From: Mustelus asterias
Lineage: Eukaryota
Direction: 5' to 3'
DNA: 64,000 nt
Assembly (NCBI RefSeq): GCF_964213995.1
Contig: NC_135810.1
Location: 67,952,001 to 68,016,000 of the forward strand
Of the stretch, positions 48,324 through 61,104 are shown one piece after another; positions within the stretch are counted from its first letter, which is position 1, and every line of letters starts with the position of its first letter. The translations under genes were made by a program, and so were the position numbers. Under the pieces are notes generated by a model. That model saw nothing but the letters and a program-made list of their open reading frames with translations. It was not told the DNA's origin and did not search any database.

Positions 48324-49418
48324 AATCAGTAATGTGTGGAATAGATATCCCAGTGCCTAATGTGAAGAATGCATCAGATTAGTGTCGGGCATATTCAGAT
48401 GTCATGTAACCAATTAGATAAAGAAACGCCTGTGAAAAAGAATTATGTCCCTATTAAAGTTATACCAGGGACTCTAATGTCCATCCTTCAACCTTTAGAT
48501 ACATGCCTCAACAAGTCTCTCAAGAATCTAGTCTGTGCCAGCTGGAATAGGCGGTGGCTGACAGTGAGAGAAAAAAAACTTCAGAAAGAGTTGAAATATG
48601 TGTGCTGCCCACTTGATTGTTTGTGTGATTTCATCATGAAATCGTGGGATGCTATTTGTGCACCAAATGTCATCAGATCATTTAAAAAATGCAACAAATC
48701 AAATTTAGGTGGATGGAGAGGAAGATGATTTATTGTGGTCAGATGTTTCTGAGAGTGAAAACACCAAATTTGATCCAGAGGGCAATCCTTATATCTGAAG
48801 TGACTCAGAATGAACTTAATGAACTCTTGCATCAGATGTCACAGATGATTAATTTGACAGTTTTAAAATGCTTTGATACTGATTAAAGTAAATTGTACAA
48901 TGAATTCATTCCATAATCCATGACACATTAATTTAATATGAATGACTGGTGTTGTGTTTGCTTTTACATTACAAAATGGTAACCACCCATGCCCAAACCG
49001 GCAGTTCACATTTTATACTCAGCAAACAAGTTGACCTCAGCTTTGGAAGGGTTTTTGGATGCTTCAAAGGTCAACTTGTATGCTGCGATCTACTTTAGAT
49101 TAACACCTTTGCTAAAATTGCAGGAATATCATACCATGACGTTCACAGTAAATGTTCATATACAAATAATCCTTTCGCTTTAGCTGGACTCCCACACTTT
49201 TCCCCATAACTTTTGACATTTTCCACCTTCCAATGAACTCAATATGATATCAGGTCCCTTTCCCATTGCTATACACAATGATCTTATGTGACATCTCCAT
49301 TTTGGCCTTGACCATGTTCCTGATATGTCTGATACAGCACCGTAATGAACCCCTATACTGACATCTCCAACCTTAGATCTTTTAATAGAAGGAGTCAGCT
49401 AATCCAAACATTCCGTTG

Positions 49419-49746
49419 ATCATAGAATCATAGAATCCTACAGTGCAGAAGGAGGCCATTCGGCCCATCATGTCTGCACCGACCACAATCCCATCCAGGC
49501 CCTATCCTCATAACCCCATGCATTTACCTTAACTAGTCCACCTGGTACTAAGGGGCAATTTTAGTATGGCCAATCCACCTAACCCGCACATCTTTGGACT
49601 GTGGGAGGAAACCGGAGCACCCAAAGGAAATGCACGCAGACACGGGGAGAATGTGCAAACTCCACACAGACAGTGACCCAAGCTGGGAATCGAACTCAGG
49701 TCCCTGGCGCTGTGAGGCAGCAGTGTTAACCACTGTGTCACCCCAT
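49419..49746 (-). mobile_element. HE1-like SINE
   Basis: Full head, V-domain and (tcataga)n tail. Confidence 0.92.
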
Positions 49747-50659
49747 GATTTGAGGCCTGTGATAGCAATATCAGAGTCAAACAATTCATTCATAAATATA
49801 CATTTCTGATGCAGATGATCATTGTGAATAAACTATGAGGCAGAGCTAAACCATTATGACCGACTATTGCTAAATATCTGGAAGAAAACTTCAGAGCAGT
49901 TTTTTAAAAAGTAGACAGCTACTGTTGTTTTTGTGTGTGCTCTGAATGCCCACACACCCCTACCGAGGCATTTTCTTTGACTCCCCAATCCCATTGAAGC
50001 ATTCCCTTGTCCCCCCCTCTTCCCATACTGAAGTATTTTTCAGCCTCACTGCATGCACTTGAAGGTTCCACCCCCCGTTACTCCTTCATCTTCTTTCTCC
50101 TTTGTTCTCTTCCCTTTTCATCCCTCCTCCCACTGCTTCTCTCTTCCTCACTTTCCTACTTCTCCTTCCCTTCCTTTTGCCCTTTCTCCTCTCCCTCATC
50201 CTTTTTTTTCCCCTTATCCCAAACTTCCACCTTTTCTTTTCCTCCTATCCTCACCTTCATGAATCATGTCTGGCATTTTTTCACATTAAGAGGTCTCAAC
50301 ACTTCGAATGGACTATTGGGTAAGGCAGTAGACACCAAAATATTGGAATCATATAATAAATGTTGGATCCTGTGATGTGATTGTAGATATTTTATGGATA
50401 ATGAACAAGGTTGAGCTGAACAGTCTTTTCAACTCGCATTAATATTATGATAAAGTTGTAGTAAAGAAAACCATTGCCTTGAGTACATACCATATCAGTA
50501 GATTCAGGATTTACATTGACATTCAAGTGTAATTTTCAATGGCTTGTAGACCATCTATCAACAGTTTCTACAGCAGAGTTGTGGCTTTTGGTGGTATTGG
50601 TCATATTCCTGATTCAAATTAAAAACTAACTAATCTTCCAATAAGTGCACTATTGTGCA

Positions 50660-50940
50660 TTGGCACAGTGGTTAGCACTGCTGCCTCACAGCGCCAGGGA
50701 TCCGGGTTCAATTCCGGCCTTGAGTGAGTGTGTGACATTTGCGCTTTCTCCCCATGTCTGTGTGGGTTTCCTCCCACACTCCAAAGATGTGCAGGTTAGG
50801 TTGATTGGCTTTGCAAAATTGCCCCAGGGGGATTAGCAGGGTAAATACGTGGGGCTACGGAGACAGGGCCTGGGTGGGATTGTTGTCGGTGCAGGCTTGA
50901 TGGGCTGAATGGCCTCCTTCTGCACTGTAGGGATTCTATA
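50660..50940 (+). mobile_element. HE1-like SINE with internal deletions
   Basis: tggcacagtggttagcactgctgcctcacag, ggttcaattcc and a CR1 tail. Confidence 0.9.
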
Positions 50941-52590
50941 TTAAAAATAAACTTGGTTAAAACTTCAATATGTGATTCCTTGGTGCATGTCAGGACCTTA
51001 CGTTGCAATATTGCATCCTCTCAACCTTCAATTTTCTATCTATTTCAGTCAATGAACAAAAATAGGAGCTGATATTGTGCAACTTTTAAAAATATCAAAT
51101 GAGGCTGGGTTGTAATTTTTAATCTCTTGATTTTTTTACCATTTAAAAATGATGAAGGCATTTTAATATGGGCAGTGGCACAATGTGTTGTTGGGCTATA
51201 GCCAGCACAGAAATAGTCAGAGATGCAGATTTAATTTCAGTTACGTTATTGAGTTCCTGATCTCATGACTGAATGTCACTGAGGATGACGCAAATGAAGA
51301 AAAGAGGGGTGATGATGAAAGAAGTACTGATAAAGCCTGAGTATTAGAGTGTACAAAGAAAGAAATCACACATGTCTCCAAATTGGAGCAAAGGTAAAGA
51401 TCAAATGAAGAGCTATGTCCAAACCATTGTCACACAAATTAAATTCTATCACTGTCTAGTTGAGCCCTGTTAATTTCTCATTGTGCAAACTAATAGATTG
51501 CTTTCATATACATTTTAAATAACATAATACATAGTTTGTCTACACATTCTCTTTCATTCATCTTTTCATTTAGAGGTCTGGTACTGAGACTTCAAAAAGA
51601 TCACTGTAAATCTCCTCATGGTTTCTTTCAGATCAGCTACCTTAACATTCGTACAATCCTCCAAGACACTTACAAATTGAGATTCCACTGAAGTAGCTGT
51701 GACCGATCAGGGGAAACCCTGAGGCGATTGCTGGTGTTTGTAATTAATTATTTCCAACTGTTGTTCTCAATTAATCTATTTTTGAGGTCTTATTTATGAG
51801 CTCGGTGCTCCCTTGAAGTGTTCATCTTATATGCTGTCATTTTACTTCTTCCAGAAAACCATTCATCAGCTACAGCTGCTGTCAAAAGCACATTTAATGG
51901 TCAATTAAGTAAATTAATAGATGTAAAGCTATTTCCTTCCTGTGCTAAGATTGGTTGTTTAACTGTTATTTCAGCATCCCTTTTAACCCTTACAATTTTT
52001 AATAAGATCATAAGAAAATGTGATGGTCACATCATGTCCGTAAATAAATTGGGCAGAGGGATCTATAGTTTTTTAAAAACGAAGCAACGTGGGATAATGG
52101 ACACTATGGGCTCTCAAAACGTTTTCTGGAAAATCAGCTGCCTTCTGTTTGTGGTTTCAGGACAGACAGAGACAACGGGCAAAATTTTCTCTTTTTTTTG
52201 CAGGGCAGCATAGCGGGCAGGAAAAATGGGGTGGAAACAATCAGCCCCAAGGAAGACTTCCTCCATCATATTTTTAGCCACTTCGTCAAGAAATGTTATG
52301 AAGCATGTTTCATGACGTCATCAGAGACTGCCCCGCCAGCAACTTAGGTTTTTAAAGGAAGGACACCCTGATTTTAAAGAATAAAAATAAAACTGCCTTG
52401 CCATGCAACCATGAGACCATAAGAAATAGGAACAGGAGTAGACCGTTCAGCCCCCTCAAGCCTGCTCCACCATTCAATAGGATGATGGCTGATTTGACAT
52501 TCCATGTGTCCACTTTCCTGCCCTTTCCCTGTAACCATTGATTCCCTTACTGATCGAAAACCTTTCTATCTCAGCCTTAAATATACACAT

Positions 52591-53462
52591 GGGGGGCAAT
52601 GTTCCGACCTTGCCATGCCTGGCACAGAACACACCGATCCCGGAAAATAGTGTGTGGGCCTATAAATTGGTTCTGCTCCCAGTACCATACGGTTTACGAT
52701 CGCCCCGACTCCTTTCTACTGGTGCAAACCAGATCGTGCCCAGATTAACATGAGATTGACTGGATTTCAATCTCATTAGCGGGCTTGGCATGTGATCAGC
52801 CCCCTCTGATCTCACCTCTCCAGCAGGACCTCACAGTTGTGCAAATCAGCATTGGTCTCCACTAGTGGAGACTAGGCACAATGGCCATGCCTGGGGGCTC
52901 AGAGACCATTGAAGCCTTTGGGTGGTCATGGTTGGACATTGACCACTTGGCAGTGCCCACCTGACACCCCAAGGCATTGCCAATTGGGCACTGCCAGTGT
53001 GTCAGGGACAGGGCCAAGAGGGTGGGGCCGGAGAGAGGGCTATGAGGGAGGTGCCTGAGTGGGAGCTGTGACCGGGGGGGGGGCAATGCAAGATGTGGAG
53101 GGGGCTATGTGAGAGTGGTGCAATGCAGGAGGAGCTATGACAGGGGCTTTATGATGGGGGGGGGGCGGTGTAGTGGAGGGTCATGCGGGCGGCACATGAA
53201 GTGGGGCTTGACGGTGGGACATGTCGGGGATCAGGCAGAGGACCTATCGGGAGTGCCCCAAACCCTGACGCCGGAGATCCATGTCGCGAAGGGGGTAGGG
53301 GAACATGCCGCTGATGTGGGGGAGGGGGTCCCAATGTCCATGGGGTGGGGGAGGTAGTCTCCCAATGCACTGAGAGATTGTGATGCCCTTGTAAAACAGT
53401 TCCCAAGCTCTCTGCAGCCGGCTCACTGGCATGTTTAGGCCCCTCCCCACCGACCCCTGTAC
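52591..53462. mobile_element. Harbinger non-autonomous element
   Basis: Starts ggggggcaatgttcc, with a G-rich interior containing tgccc/gggca repeats. Confidence 0.6.
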
Positions 53463-53802
53463 CAGTGAAGAAATTCCTCTTCATCTCAGTCTTAAATTGG
53501 TGCTCTTTTATTCTGAGACTATGTCCCTCTGGCCCTAGTCTCTCCCATGAGGGGAAACATCCTCTCAGCATTAACCCTGACCAGGCCCTTGAAAAACCTA
53601 TTCAATGGGGATCATCTCTAATTCTTCTAAATTCCAATGAATAGAGTCCCAACCTATTTAATGTTTCCTCATAAGACAATCCCTCCATATTGGGGATCAT
53701 TCTTCTCTGAACTGCCACCAATGAAATAATGGCTGGAATTATCTGGCTATTCACGCCGGTCCCGCCAGCAGCACACGGGTTTCACGGCGGCATGGAGTGA
53801 CA

Positions 53803-55627
53803 ACAAAGAACAAAGAAAATTACAGCACAGGAACAGGCCCTTCGGCGCTCCAAGCCTGCACCAACCATGCTACCCGACTTAACTAAAACACCTACCCTTC
53901 CGGGGACCATATCTCTCTATTCACATCCTATTCATGTACTTGTCAAGACGCCCTTTAAAAGTCACTACCGTATCTGTTTCCACTACCTCCTCTGGCAACG
54001 AGTTCCAGGCACCCACTACTCTCTGTGTAAAAAATCTGCCTCGTACATCTCCTTTAAACCGTGCCCCTCGCACCTTAAACCTATGTCCCCTAGTAATTGA
54101 CTCTTCCATCCTGGGAAAAAGCTTCTGACTATCCACTCTGTCCATGCCTCTCATAATCTTGTAGACTTCTATCAGGTCTCCCCTCAACCTCCATCGCTCA
54201 GTGAGAACAAACCAAGTTTCTCCAACCTCTCCACATAGCTAATGCCCTCCATACCAGGCAACATCCTGGTAAATCTTTGCTGTACCCTCTCCAAAGCCTC
54301 CCCATCCTTCTGGTAGTGTGGCGACCAGAATTGAACACTATATTCCAAGTGCGGCCCAACTAAGGTTAATCATAGAATAATCATAGAAACCCTACAGTGC
54401 AGAAGGAGGCCATTCAGCCCATCGAGTCTGCACCGACCACAATCCCACCCAGGCCGTACCCCCACATGTTTACCCGCTAATCCCACTAACCTACGCATCT
54501 CATGACTCTAAGGGGCAATTTTTAACCTGGCCAATCAACCTAACCCGCACATCTTTGGACTGTGGGAGGAAACCGGAACACCCAGAGGAAACCCACGCAG
54601 ACACGAGGAGAATGTGCAAACTCCACACAGACAGTGACCCGAGCCGGGAATCGAACCCGGGACCCTGGAGCTGTGAAACAGCAGTGCTAACCACTGTGCT
54701 ACCGTGCCGCCCCTGGTTCTATAAAGCTGCAACATGACTTGCCAATTTTTAAACTCAATACCCCGGCCGATTAAGGCAAGCATGCCATATGCCTTCTTGA
54801 CTACCTTCTCCACCTGCATTGCCACTTTCAGTGACCTGTGTACCTGTACACCCAGATCCCTTTGCTTATCAATACTCTTAAGGGTTCTGCCATTTACTGT
54901 ATATTTCCTATCTGTATTAGACCTTCCAAAATGCATTACCTCACATTTGTCCGGATTAAATTCCATCTACCATCTCTCTGCCCAAGTCTCCAACTGATCT
55001 ATATCCTGCTGTATTCTCTGATCGTCCTCATCGCTATCCGCAAATCCACCAACTTTTGTGTCATCCGCAAACTTACTAACCAATCCAGTTACATTTTTCT
55101 CCAAATCATTTATATATATTACAAATAGCAAAGGTCCCAGCACTGATCCCTGAGGAATACCACTTGTCTCAGCCCTCCATTCAGAAACACACCCTTCCAC
55201 TGCTACCCTCTGTCTTCTTTGACTGAGCCAGTTTAGTATCCACCTTGCCAGCTCACCTCTGATCCCATGCGACTTCACCTTCTGCACCAGTCTGCCATGA
55301 GGGACCTTGTCAAAGGCCTTACTGAAGTCCATGTAGACAACATCCACTGCCCTACCCTCATCAATCATCTTCGTCACTTCCTCGAAAAACTCGATCAAGT
55401 TCATGAGACACGACCTTCCCTTCACAAAACCATGTTGCCTCTCACTAATACGTCCACTTATTTCCAAGTGGGAATAAAGCCTGTCTCGAAGAATCCACTC
55501 CAATAATTTCCCTACCACTGATGTAAAGCCCACCAGCCTGTAATTACCTGGATTATTCTTGCTACCCTTCTTAAACAAAGGAACAACATTGGCTATTCTC
55601 CAATCCTCTGGGACCTCCCCTGTAGTC
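53803..55627 (-). mobile_element. Young CR1 (RT domain to 3' tail)
   Basis: ORF 54967-55665 GEVPEDWRIANVVPLFKKG..QHGFVKGRSC..YMDFSKAFDKVPH..PQGSVLGPLLFVIYINDL..KFADDTK, followed by the C-terminal ORFs and a (ttctttg)n tail. Confidence 0.96.
54368..54713 (-). mobile_element. HE1-like SINE inside the young CR1
   Basis: Full-length copy flanked by GGTT; the CR1 resumes on both sides. Confidence 0.94.
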
Positions 55628-55879
55628 ATGATGTGGAGATGCCGGCGTTGGACTGGGTTAAACACAGTAAGAGTTTTAACAACACCAGGTTAAAGTCCAA
55701 CAGGTTTATTTGGTAGCAAATGCCATTAGCTTTCGGAGCGCTGCTCCTTCATCAAAAGGAGTGGATATCTGCTCACAAATAAGGCATACAGAGACACAAA
55801 CCCAAGTTACAGAATACTGATTAGAATGCGAATCTTTACAGCTAATCAAATTGTCTGTATCTTTAAGACTTGATTAGCT
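55628..55879 (-). mobile_element. Penelope pLTR fragment with a hammerhead variant and a fold-back end
   Basis: Homologous to 7520-7755 in reverse. Minus strand TTGATGA-aGGAGC-agc-GCTCC-GAAAGCT at ~55727-55754. agctaatcaa / ttgattagct marks an inverted junction. Confidence 0.85.
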
Positions 55880-56225
55880 CCTTGACACCAGATCTTTCGC
55901 TTCCCACTTCTTGGTAAATGTTGCTGGTCCGACTTCTCCCAGAGTGCACCAGTGAAATCTCTCAGCCGCTTCTACCGGATCAATGGGAAATCCCAATGAC
56001 AGGGGTGGGACCAGAGAATCCCATTGCCAGCAAACAGCACACTGCCTCCCACCACCAGGAAACACACGGTGGGAAGGCCAGAGAATCTCACCCAATATCT
56101 TTCCTTAAATAAAAGGACCAAAACTGCTCTCAATGTTCCAGATGTGGCCTCACCAGTATCTTGTACAGTTGCAGCAAGACTTCCCTACTCTTACATTTCA
56201 ACTCACTTGAGCTAAGGACCAACAT

Positions 56226-56560
56226 GGGGCGGCATGGTAGCATAGTGGTTAGCACTGCTGCCTCACAGCTCCAGGGACCTGGGTTCGATTCCCGGCTTGG
56301 GTCACTGTCTGTGCGGAGTTTGCACATTCTCCCCGTGTCTGCGTGAGTTTTCTCCGGGTGGTCCGGTTTCCTCCCACACTCCAAAGATGTGCAAGATAGG
56401 TTGATTGGCCATGCTAAAATTGCCCCTTGGTGTCCCGGCATGCATAGGTTGGAGGGATTAGCAGGGTAAATATGTGAGGTGACGGGGATAGGGCCTGGGT
56501 GGGATTGTTGTCGGTGCAGACTCGATTGGCTGAATGGCCTCCTTCTGTGCTGTAAGGTTC
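56226..56560 (+). mobile_element. HE1-like SINE (TSD AACAT)
   Basis: Full head and body, with aacat on both flanks. Confidence 0.93.
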
Positions 56561-57911
56561 CTGTTGTTAACATTCCACTAGCCTTCCTGATTATCTGCAG
56601 CATGTGTGTGCTAGCTTTCTGTGTTTCATGCACAACTACTCCCCAAGTCCCTTTGTGTTGCAGCTTTCTGCAGTTTTTCTCCATTTAAATGATACTCTGC
56701 TCTTCTGATTTCCCGTTCAAAATGAACAACTTCACATTTTCCCACATTATACTCTATTTGCCAATTTTTTGCTGACTTACTTTACCTATCAATATCTCTT
56801 TGTAAACTGTTTGTATCCCTTTCGCCACTTGCCATTCCACCTATTTCTGTGTCATCTATAAGTTTGCCTACTGTACATTCATTTCCTTTCTTCAAGTCAT
56901 TAATATATACTATTAGCAGTTGTGGTCCCAGCACTAATCCCCATGGAACCCCACTGGTTACAGATCACCAACCTGAAAAAGAACCCCTTATCCCCACTTG
57001 CTGTTTCCTGCTCATTAGCCAATTCTCTATCCATGCCAATATACTACATTCAACACCATGGGCTCTTATCTTATGACTTAACCTTTTGTGGAGGTACCTT
57101 GTTGAATGCTTTCTGGAAGTTTAAATACAACACATCTATATGTTCCCCTCTATCCACCCTGGTTGAGACTTCTTCGAAAAACTTTAATAAATTAGTCAAA
57201 CATGATTTCCCTTTCATGAAGCCATGCTGACTCTGCTTGATTGGATTATAATTCAAATGTGAATTTTTCCAGATTCCTTAATAATTGATTCCAACATTTT
57301 TCCAACAATAAATGTTAGGCTAATTGACATATAGTAGTTTACCTGGTTTTTACCTCCCTCCCTTTTTGAATAGGCGTGAGACATTGTCAGTTTTCTAATC
57401 CTCCTGTAGTTCTCCAGAATCCAAGGATTTTTGGAAAATGACATCCAATGTATCCATTATCTTAGTAGTTCCTTCTTTTAGGATCCTAGCTGTCATCCAG
57501 GCCTGCACTGCTGCTCTGCCATTGAATATGGTGTGAAACACCTATGTACCTAATTAATGAGATTAGGGCTGGAAGATTTGGCGTGTTTTCCCACCAGTTG
57601 CCACACAGGCAACATTCCACATTCTTGCACCGGCCACTGTATGTAGTCTCAAAATGGGAGAATTCCACCCTGTATTTCTTCCCCACAGAAGTTTGGCCAT
57701 AATTTTGTATGAAATAGCCAGAAACCTCCAACAAAGAGAGAGAATCCTTAAGACCTGCAATGTTTTTCATCTTAAAGGACAGGTTAAGAACACGTTACCT
57801 CTTTCCTGTTTCACTGTTAATAATCTAAATGCATGTTTCATCTTGAAAATTTATCTTTACTTGTGTGGATATATGTTTGTGGCCCCGATTTTTGCCATGG
57901 CAGAGAGCCTC

Positions 57912-59104
57912 TGTTATGGTGAAAATAGTCATCGAGTCCAGAAATTCTAAATCACATATCCGAATATGGCATTTCCTATTTTTATGTTGGTAGGACTGGA
58001 GTCAGGCTGGGTTTGCACATTCACAGTTTACAAAGGCAGCTGACCATTTAAGTCACCAGCTGCCTCTGTGGAAGTGAGACTTTGGTAAGCCAGGTGTGTG
58101 AAACCCAGAGTGTGCAGATTAGACAAGATAAGAGCTGTTCCAAACTTGGTGGATCTTTTTGGATAGCCAGGTAAGGTGCTTCTTTAGCTATGATCCCAGG
58201 ACATTTTTCAGAGAGGTAAGATATCCCTTTGGAGAGGTAAGGTACCCTTTGGGATTATTAAACATGATTGTGCGTAAAAAGTACATAAACTCACTAAACT
58301 GTCAAAGCTACCAAAAAAAATGTCAAGCTGTCAAAGAACTGTCAAAACTGTCAAAGAAATGTCAAAGGATACTGGGTGTGTTGGCATAGAGGAATAAGGC
58401 AAAGGGGATGGATGGGGGGGCATGTGTTGACATGAGTGGCACTAGGTTGGCATAGAGGCTATGAAGGATCAAAGGGATGTGGGGGGCAGAGGGGGATGTA
58501 TGGGCAGTGGGTAAAGACATGTGTTGGTATAGAAAGAATGAGGGGAGCATGGGGGTGGGTGGGGCATGAGTTGACAAAGATTGTCATAGCTGTGGCATGG
58601 GGAGTGCTTGCAAGGGTGAGAGCTGAAGGGCTACTTTTTGTTTTAGTATTTTTGAAGATAGAGGCAGGCCTTTCACCCAGCCTGCCTCTGCACTCAACAG
58701 CCTTTGTACTTGTTCTGGTGACAGCAGGTTCGACTTCTAATCCATTTCCCCCCCTCTCCCCCTGAACAAAGATCCATAACTGTGGGTAGCCATATTTAAA
58801 GGTTGGGTTCACAGATCCATTAATTCTCCTGTCTCTAATCACCCAATCTCGGTCTGAAAATCTGAGCCATTGTGTTTGAGGGAGTGCCTGTTTCGTTGTG
58901 TTAACGTTTCAGGTGTTGTGTAAATAAACATTTATCCTTTGTTCTTCTTTAAGCTCATTCGGAAGCCTGTTCATTTTTATCCTTCAAAGTCATAACACTC
59001 AAAAGGCTTAAAGTATTCCTTCTCAAAAAGATTTCTGGCTACGATCAGCTGAGAGGTGAGAAAAAAGGGGAAAGTTATTTCACCACCTCGCTCCGTTCAT
59101 AACA
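57912..59104 (+). mobile_element. Possible LTR with a Harbinger-like segment inside
   Basis: TGTTATG...AATAAA...CATAACA, with a G-rich Harbinger-like block at ~57970-58870. No TSD. Confidence 0.35.
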
Positions 59105-59109
59105 AAAGC

Positions 59110-59572
59110 TAAGAAATAGGAGCTGAAGTAGGTCTTTTGGTCCTCTAAGCATGCTCCAATATTCAGTATAATCATGGCTGATGTTCTACTTCGACTCTTC
59201 CTTCCCTAGTTATCCCCATAACCCTTAATTCCCCATATCCCTTAAAATTCCAAACATCTATTAAACTCTGTATTGAATATATTCAATGACTAAGTATCCA
59301 CAGTTCTTTGAGGTCGAAAATTCCAAAAGATTCATAACTTTTCGATGAAGAAACTTTTCATCTCAGTCCTAACTGACTGACTTCTTATTCTGATAACGTG
59401 TGTTCATGGGTTCTGCAGCCAGGGGAACCATTTTCTCAGCATCTACCCCTGTCACTCCCCCTCAAGAATTTTGTACGTTTCAATTAGATTACTTCTCATT
59501 CTTCTAAACTCCATGAAATATAGATCGAGTCTATTCAATCTTACCTCATAGAACAAACCCCTCATCCCAGCT
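59110..59572 (-). mobile_element. CR1 3'-end fragment
   Basis: GLFYEVRLNRLDLYFMEFRRMRSNLIETYKIL and the 3' UTR. Confidence 0.85.
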
Positions 59573-59696
59573 GTGGTGGAAGGGTATTTGGCAGAGTAAT
59601 GTGGGGCTGGAGGATAGTACTCCCCACAATTTGATGTAGAGAAGAATCTGGAAGGAGCCAGCATGGAGACAGCACCCATGCATAGCAGTACTCATA

Positions 59697-61104
59697 GGGC
59701 CCGATTTTACCAATGCGCGGGTGCGAAAACCTGGTAAAGTCGGGTGTGAGGCCATTAACACGATCCGTGCCCACGTCTGCGCAGATTGCCACTTTACAGA
59801 AACCCGGGAATGGCGGCAATCCGCTTCGTGCCCAAAACGGGCGCAACGGCGATTTAAATGCATTTGCATGTATTTAAATTGAATTATTGAACTGCCCGCC
59901 CAACTTTATCAGCATTTCCCCCTTTATCACCGCGTTTGCCAATCTGGAACCGCGCCGTAATGGACCTGCTAAATAAAAGTCTGAATCGGGCGCTCCAGTT
60001 TCTGAAGAGCGCATTCAGAGCTTCCAATGGCTCTCTGACTCAGATCAGTGGTGGAGGGGAGGAGGGAGGCGGGTCAGATCATTCCCTGGTTGGGGGGGGG
60101 GGGGGGGGGGCGGGGGGGAGGAGAGTGAGACCAGATCGTTGTCTGGAGGGGGGGGGGGTGAGTGAGCGAGGCCAGATTGTTGTCTGGAGGGGGGCGGGGG
60201 GGAGGCCCAATCGTTCACTGGTGGGGGAGGAAGCAGATGGATCATAGAATCATAGAATCCCTACAGTGCAGAAACAGGCCATTCGGCCCATCAAGTCTGC
60301 ACCGATCACAATCCCACCCAGGCCCTACTCATTTTAATCCCTCTAACCTACGCATCTCAGGACACTAAGGGGCAATCTTAGCATGGCCAATCAACCTAAC
60401 CCGCACATCTTTGGACTGTGGGAGGAAACTGGAGCACCCGGAGGAAACCCACGCAGACACGAGGAGAATGTGCAAACTCCACACAGACAGTGACCCAAGC
60501 CAGGAATCGAACCCAGGTCCCTGGAGCTGTGAAGCAGCAGTGCTAACCACTGTGCTACCGTGCCGCCCGATCTCTGGTGCGGAGGGGGGAGGCAGATGGA
60601 TCTCTGGTGGGGGTGCGGGGGGCGGGCTGGGGGGTCCACTGCCACTCTGCGGATGATCAGTGGGGGGGGGGAAGAGGGCAGGGGTAGCGATCGATCTGGG
60701 TAGTGGGGGGGGGTGGATAAGGGGGACAGTGATGTGTGTGGGTAGTGGGGTGGGTGGATAAGGGAGACAGTGATGTGTGTGGGTAATGGAGGGGGGGTGA
60801 TTAAGGGGGACAGTAATGTCTATGGGGGCCATCGCTCCTGCTTTTCGCTCCCGGGCCGTTTTCTCCGCTTTCTGCGGCCCGGGAACCATCTGACATGGGC
60901 GCGCTTTTTCAAATTTTTTTCCAACTGCGCATGCGCAGTTCAGAGCTCCGATCGTTCCGGCCGCACTCAGCCCCGCCCACAGCGCGAATGGGACTGGAGA
61001 TGTTTTTTTCAGGCTGTATGGGAGCGCCTGAAAGCAGATTTCTAAATCGGATCTGCATTACGCCCAGATTCAGCACTTTGAATGAAAATGGTAAAATCGG
61101 GCCC
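59697..61104. mobile_element. PIF/Harbinger non-autonomous element, perfect 16-bp TIRs, 3-bp TSD ATA
   Basis: gggcccgattttacca / tggtaaaatcgggccc with ATA flanks. Internal G-rich tandem subrepeats; the ends are homologous to 24092-25132. Confidence 0.9.
60241..60568 (-). mobile_element. HE1-like SINE inside the Harbinger element
   Basis: Full-length copy with GATC at both junctions. Confidence 0.93.

Larger units (their letters stand above)
45433..49093 (+). mobile_element. pogo-superfamily (POGK/Passer-like) DNA transposon remnant with nested inserts
   Basis: TIRs gatcgcaacatataagttgacct (45439-45461) / aggtcaacttgtatgctgcgatc (49068-49090). Brinker-like DBD AAFKLKVIALA..AAREFSVSEKLVRRWKK (~47285-47390). 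DDE C-terminal part VIPG.L.SILQPLDTCLNKSLK..SW..I..SFKKC..SNL (48450-48715). Confidence 0.85.
53731..56093. mobile_element. Harbinger-type MITE (TSD AAT) hosting a young CR1, a SINE and a Penelope pLTR
   Basis: ggctggaattatctggc / gccagagaatctcaccc termini with AAT on both flanks. The host CR1 reads through when the MITE is removed. Confidence 0.7.
52415..57487 (-). mobile_element. Older CR1 split into 52415-52590, 53465-53730 and 56094-57487
   Basis: QSQHGFMKGKSCLTNLLKFFEEV..LYLNFQKAFNKVP and LLQLYKILVRPHLEH; the 3' UTR lies at 52415-52590. The pieces are colinear. Confidence 0.85.

Noticed and set aside
50007-50375. Hydrophobic Phe/Ser/Leu-rich ORFs resembling membrane proteins (also 40858-41264)
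   Set aside because: They are translations of C/T low-complexity tracts.
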